Shown: positions 59,476-64,000 of the stretch, piece after piece
Layout: each line of letters opens with the position of its first letter
Numbering within the stretch: the stretch's first letter is position 1
NCBI GenBank assembly: GCA_030141605.1
Contig: JAQGDQ010000391.1
Span: 62,001-126,000 of the forward strand
Source: Tubiluchus corallicola
Taxonomy: Eukaryota > Animalia > Priapulida
DNA length: 64,000 nucleotides
Direction: 5' to 3'
Translations under genes and position numbers: made by a program
The notes under the pieces: model-generated
What the model was told of the DNA's origin: nothing
Databases searched by the model: none
Seen by the model: the letters and a program-made list of their open reading frames with translations, nothing else

Positions 59476-61845
59476 TCAATTTCTCCTTTTTGTCAAATCA
59501 TTCTTTGTTTCAGCATTCGCTTCTGCTTTATCGTTTTCTACAGAAGTAACGTCAATATCCATATGCTTTTCTGCATTACTTCTTTTTTGTGACTCACCTT
59601 CTGTTTCAACCCCGTCTTCTTTTTCATTTCTTTTAACCACGTCATTTTCATTTGAAGCAACACCAGTATCAGCAAGCCTTTCTATTTCTTCTCCTTTTAT
59701 TGAAGCAACACCTTTGGCAGAGACGTCTTTTGTTACACCTTCCTTTTTTGTCTCATCACCAGAACTAGTGCTAATGTTAGACTTTGTTTGTCTGACCATG
59801 TTAACCAATAGAGCAACTATGAGTCCAAAAAATACCACAATAAGTAGAAATAGTAGTACAAGTCCAAAAGAGGCATTTCGTTTGCTTGACAGAAGTTTTG
59901 GATTAGTCCATGTTGAGTTACCACTAGTCGGTGACAAAATCTTTACTTTAGCATAATCACATCGGATTTTCCTATTTGATCCTGCGATGCAAGCACTTAA
60001 GCCGACCGCCATTTTTCCTGTTGCATTTACAGTCAGGGAGATCTTGCCTTCGGACTTCACTTGGACGACATTTTTGTAGCTTAAAATTGAGTATAATATC
60101 TGTACATTATTGTGAGTTTCAAACGTTGCTTGAACTTGACCAATATATGATCCAGCAACTCCTGTACTGTTGAACAAGTAGGAATTTTGAACAAACTTGG
60201 GACTTTTCAGTGCCGCATTTTTCACATTAAAAGTAACATCAACGGTTTTTGCTTGCCTATTATTTGCAGCATTACGAGCCTTTACAACAAGTTCGTAGCG
60301 ATCCTTAATACCTTCATTTAGCTTTGAAGCTATAACCAGACCTAAGATTGATGTACTTGCATTTTGCAGTTTATTTACGATTAAACTAAAGTCCTTTACT
60401 GCCACACCCTGCTTTGCATTTATTAATGTATAGATGAGGTGCATTTCTGAATTACCAATAAGAGCAGGCACTAATAATATCATTGTGTCAACACGCTCGT
60501 GATCAAACACATCGACTGAAAAACTTTCTTTTTTGAACTTTAGACTCATAACTTCAGAATTTAGACTGATGTCGATAGACAAGAGTGCTCTGTCATAATG
60601 TGTAGCAACATCACGTTCTGTCGCTTGAACAAGAGCGTGGTAAACAACTGCTGTAGTAAGATTCTCAGCAATAGTAATTTCACCATTTGCTTCATCTATT
60701 TTAAATTTGTTTTCTATTTGGCTTGGATATGGAAAAGAGAAAAACACAACATTTCCTAGTCCATCTTTGTCATTTGCTTTGATTTTTGCTGGTTCAACTT
60801 TCAGTGGTGCGCTAAAATTTTCTTTATACACTTTGGCCTGATACAGATAGTGAGAAAATTTGGGATTCTCGTTATTTGTATTATCTATAAAAACATTAAG
60901 GCTGCGTTTTATAGGGTGTCTTGCAGATGACCCAGCATTCCCAAATGGTGGTGCATTCCCAAACTTGATCTTGGGTATCAACCAGAGATTTAACCTGAGA
61001 TTCTTTGTGAATTTGTAGTGTACTTTTTTATTCAGATAAACAAAAAAGTCAAGTTTCTTTGTTGGTTGATAAGAATTGATATCTTTTTCTGTAGTTTTAC
61101 CTTGAAAATATTCCTCTCCCGTGCAGCCAAAATTGCCACCTTGTTTCACAAATTTGCCCATGCATATGATAAAATTCCTTACATATGCAAATTCGTCCAA
61201 GTCTTTGGCGGGAAATTTCCACAATTGTGAGCCAATTAGAGTGTCTTCAGCAAGAAATAGTTGCCTGAGGTAGTTGAAGTCGAATACAGGAGCATATCGA
61301 TCCTCAGGCACTATTACAAGGGTAAGTGTAATTTCATGCCAAAGGCCAGGGCGGTTGCGAGAACAATACAATGGTTGCCAAATGGTCCAAACTTCAAAGC
61401 ATCCTAAGCAATTAAACTTTAATAAAAGCTTTGGTTTTTCCTGTTGAAGTTGATTACGTTTATATTCTAACAGATAACCCTCAATTCTTCTATTTGCCGT
61501 GTACTCTATAAAAGGACCCAGTGTTATTTTTCGCCCTGACCTGTCATTTCCTACCTTAAACAAGTGATGGTCAGTACGGGTTCCGTTTATTGTTGCATCA
61601 GTAAGGTAAGGTTGTGCATAATGAAATGAATTTACACTAAAAAAGTCAGGAATACCCAAACGCATTCTATTTCCTCTCTTAAATAACTTTTCCGCAACTG
61701 TCATTTCGTACTGGACATTTCGTGAAGGGAGGCATGCTTTTCGAGGTGCCCTGCCGCCTGTGATGTGCCCGTTTATGTATTCACCTAAGCTGAATCTCGC
61801 AATTGTAAAAAGTAAGAACAGCACTTCAAATAGTTTGCATTCCAT
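59476..61845 (-). CDS. Cadherin-like protein, copy 4; chimeric, tail shortened by a premature TGA
   Basis: Homologous ATG at 61845; N-terminus identical to copy 3, divergent middle; AAG GGA changed to AAT TGA at 59476-59481. Confidence 0.8.
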   Translation of the reverse strand: MECKLFEVLFLLFTIARFSLGEYINGHITGGRAPRKACLPSRNVQYEMTVAEKLFKRGNRMRLGIPDFFSVNSFHYAQPYLTDATINGTRTDHHLFKVGNDRSGRKITLGPFIEYTANRRIEGYLLEYKRNQLQQEKPKLLLKFNCLGCFEVWTIWQPLYCSRNRPGLWHEITLTLVIVPEDRYAPVFDFNYLRQLFLAEDTLIGSQLWKFPAKDLDEFAYVRNFIICMGKFVKQGGNFGCTGEEYFQGKTTEKDINSYQPTKKLDFFVYLNKKVHYKFTKNLRLNLWLIPKIKFGNAPPFGNAGSSARHPIKRSLNVFIDNTNNENPKFSHYLYQAKVYKENFSAPLKVEPAKIKANDKDGLGNVVFFSFPYPSQIENKFKIDEANGEITIAENLTTAVVYHALVQATERDVATHYDRALLSIDISLNSEVMSLKFKKESFSVDVFDHERVDTMILLVPALIGNSEMHLIYTLINAKQGVAVKDFSLIVNKLQNASTSILGLVIASKLNEGIKDRYELVVKARNAANNRQAKTVDVTFNVKNAALKSPKFVQNSYLFNSTGVAGSYIGQVQATFETHNNVQILYSILSYKNVVQVKSEGKISLTVNATGKMAVGLSACIAGSNRKIRCDYAKVKILSPTSGNSTWTNPKLLSSKRNASFGLVLLFLLIVVFFGLIVALLVNMVRQTKSNISTSSGDETKKEGVTKDVSAKGVASIKGEEIERLADTGVASNENDVVKRNEKEDGVETEGESQKRSNAEKHMDIDVTSVENDKAEANAETKNDLTKRRN

Positions 61846-64000
61846 GTCACTCATTCTAACTGCAGCATATTCATTGACACATTTCTTCTCCAAAACTCAC
61901 TTTGTTACACAGTTCCATTCGAATTCCATTCGAAATTCTGTTCCATTGATATTTGACATTTTTGCTTTATTGTTTCCATGGCTATAATTGTGACTGCATT
62001 GTTGAAATTCTGTAATTTAAAATTACATTTTTCTTTTAGTCTGAAAGCAATCTGAAAAAAAATGAACAATGGCAACCCTACAAATACATGCGTGGGTTGA
62101 CATTTTTGATTGTTAATATTAATAGAAAACTTGCCAAACCCCGCAAAAAAGTCTTGTGCATAAACTCACAACAACCTACACCACACCATACAACCACCCA
62201 CTTCCCCACTCACAACACAGCACCCACACCACACCACACCAACCCATCGCACCACTCACAAACCGCCACCCACAGTTCACCACAACCCACACCACCCACA
62301 CCGCACCACTCTACACCATACTGCCCCACCACAGTGCCCCACAACATTATCCACACCACATCACCCACACCACTCCATCAATACCACACCACTCTACCCA
62401 CACTGCTCCACCAATACCTCACATACCTTACCACCCCACCACATCATCCACAGCACAACACCCACTACACACCATTCACAGGACACCCACCACACCAACA
62501 ACACCACACCCACCACGTCACATGGAGATGATGATGTTGACGACTGTGATAATGATTTCGACATCAATAACGACAACCTACAGCACCAACGCCAACAGCA
62601 CTGCATCATAGTAAAACCATGCAAAACAATTTTGTATAAAGACAATACTGTGCGCTATAACAAATGCTGTTACACCCATCCACCCTTGATCAATAATGCA
62701 CGGACATTCTACACAATTTTGCTTACTTCTTTCTAGATTGTAATAGCCTCACAGATATAACTTGCAAGTACAATCTATGACACAGTATAGGATAACGGAT
62801 GAGAACAATGCCTAGAACTGCCACGAAATTTCTTGAACTCAAAGACAACGCATGTTTCAAATGGCAGCACAGGGGTAGAAAAAGAACTTCGAAATACACC
62901 CTGTTTCGTCTAGTATACATCTCTCCGAGTGAAGCTATAAACACTTTGTAGACCGGTTCGTCCTCATCTGCGAGTTTATTTTTTTCTCAACTTTTTTCAA
63001 TAGTTGCACAAATCAAGCTTTTTGGAGGTTGTTTTGTGCAGCTTTTAAGAAAGTTGGGGTATATAGGTCCCGGAAAATGTCCGTAGCGGGTATTAGTGGC
63101 CCTTCCGCGAAATCTAAATTGAACGGGTAACACCCACTATATAACAGGCTATCTGACCATTACCAGCAGCACACGGAGTACGTTCCCATTCTCTAGAAAC
63201 AAGAGGTATAAATTTTGCGAAACATGGTCGAAAAGGGAGATTTTTGCAGGTTTTTCGCCCGCCTCACACCTGTTTCTCCCGGTGGACTTGATTCTAAAAG
63301 TATTACCACAATGAAAAATCTGTGCGTCCGGACCTTTTGTTTGGTGTATAGATCGCCTAAAGTGTAGCCTCGTCGATTATGTATCCATATATAACCGATA
63401 CATCCAAGTAGTCTTCGTGGTTATAATGGCCATATATATATATATATTCGTTACATTGTCATGACCTTGAAAATTAATATAATTTTTTATGGACACACAC
63501 TCTTCTTTAGAAACTAATCTTCCCTTTACAACCGTTTAAACTAGTTTGCTGTTAGTTTTCCGCTCTGTTTCAGTCTCTCAATCACCTGTCATTGCATTTG
63601 TTAGAGTTTGTTAATCAGTTTAACTTAATCCCTATCTAATTCTAATGGTTCTGATGTTAGGTATACAGTTCCAGCCTTTTTACACACTCATATTGCTCCA
63701 TCATACTTTACGCTAGTACGATTCATTGCTGCATTAAATTTCATTGTTCATGCCACTTATCATTGGGTGATTGTTTTAAATTGATAACAATGATAACATC
63801 CTGTAACTTTTAAGAACGCTCTCGTTCTAAGTCCTTTAAGTATTGCTTGTTTTTCCACGCCATTTTGTCACAAAATGAATTTTTACTAGACGAAAAACTT
63901 GACCGAATAATAATGTAGCACAACGAACGTCATAGAACTTACTGGAAATTATTAGTGATATGATCCGAATTCGTTATCAGTCAACAAGGTGTACATCTGC

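Larger units (their letters stand above)
57523..64000 (+). repeat. Segmental tandem duplication unit 4 (runs off the window)
   Basis: Colinear with unit 3 up to ~42490-equivalent at the window end. Confidence 0.9.

Overview
AT-rich eukaryotic (invertebrate-like animal) genomic DNA with GT-AG introns, micro/minisatellites and transposon remnants; no prokaryotic features. Positions 1-12.3 kb are repeat-rich with no supportable gene. From 12389 to the window end lies a head-to-tail array of four segmental duplicates (units start at 12389, 25187, 35776, 57523). Each unit is a plus-strand multi-exon ABCG5-like half-transporter locus carrying a minus-strand, single-ORF cadherin-like receptor gene in its first coding intron. 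The ABCG copies are each broken by deletions or frameshifts. Within the window the only intact ABCG ORF (625 aa, 12 coding exons, all phases checked by hand) joins exon 1 of unit 1 to exons 2-12 of unit 3 across 31.4 kb. All four nested cadherins keep an open signal peptide, ectodomain and TM. They differ in clustered N-terminal patches and are mosaics of one another, and each is flanked by two same-orientation Helitron-like ends. This is a candidate diversifying adhesion/recognition receptor cluster amplified inside its host gene. All calls rest on manual reading; no database searches were run.
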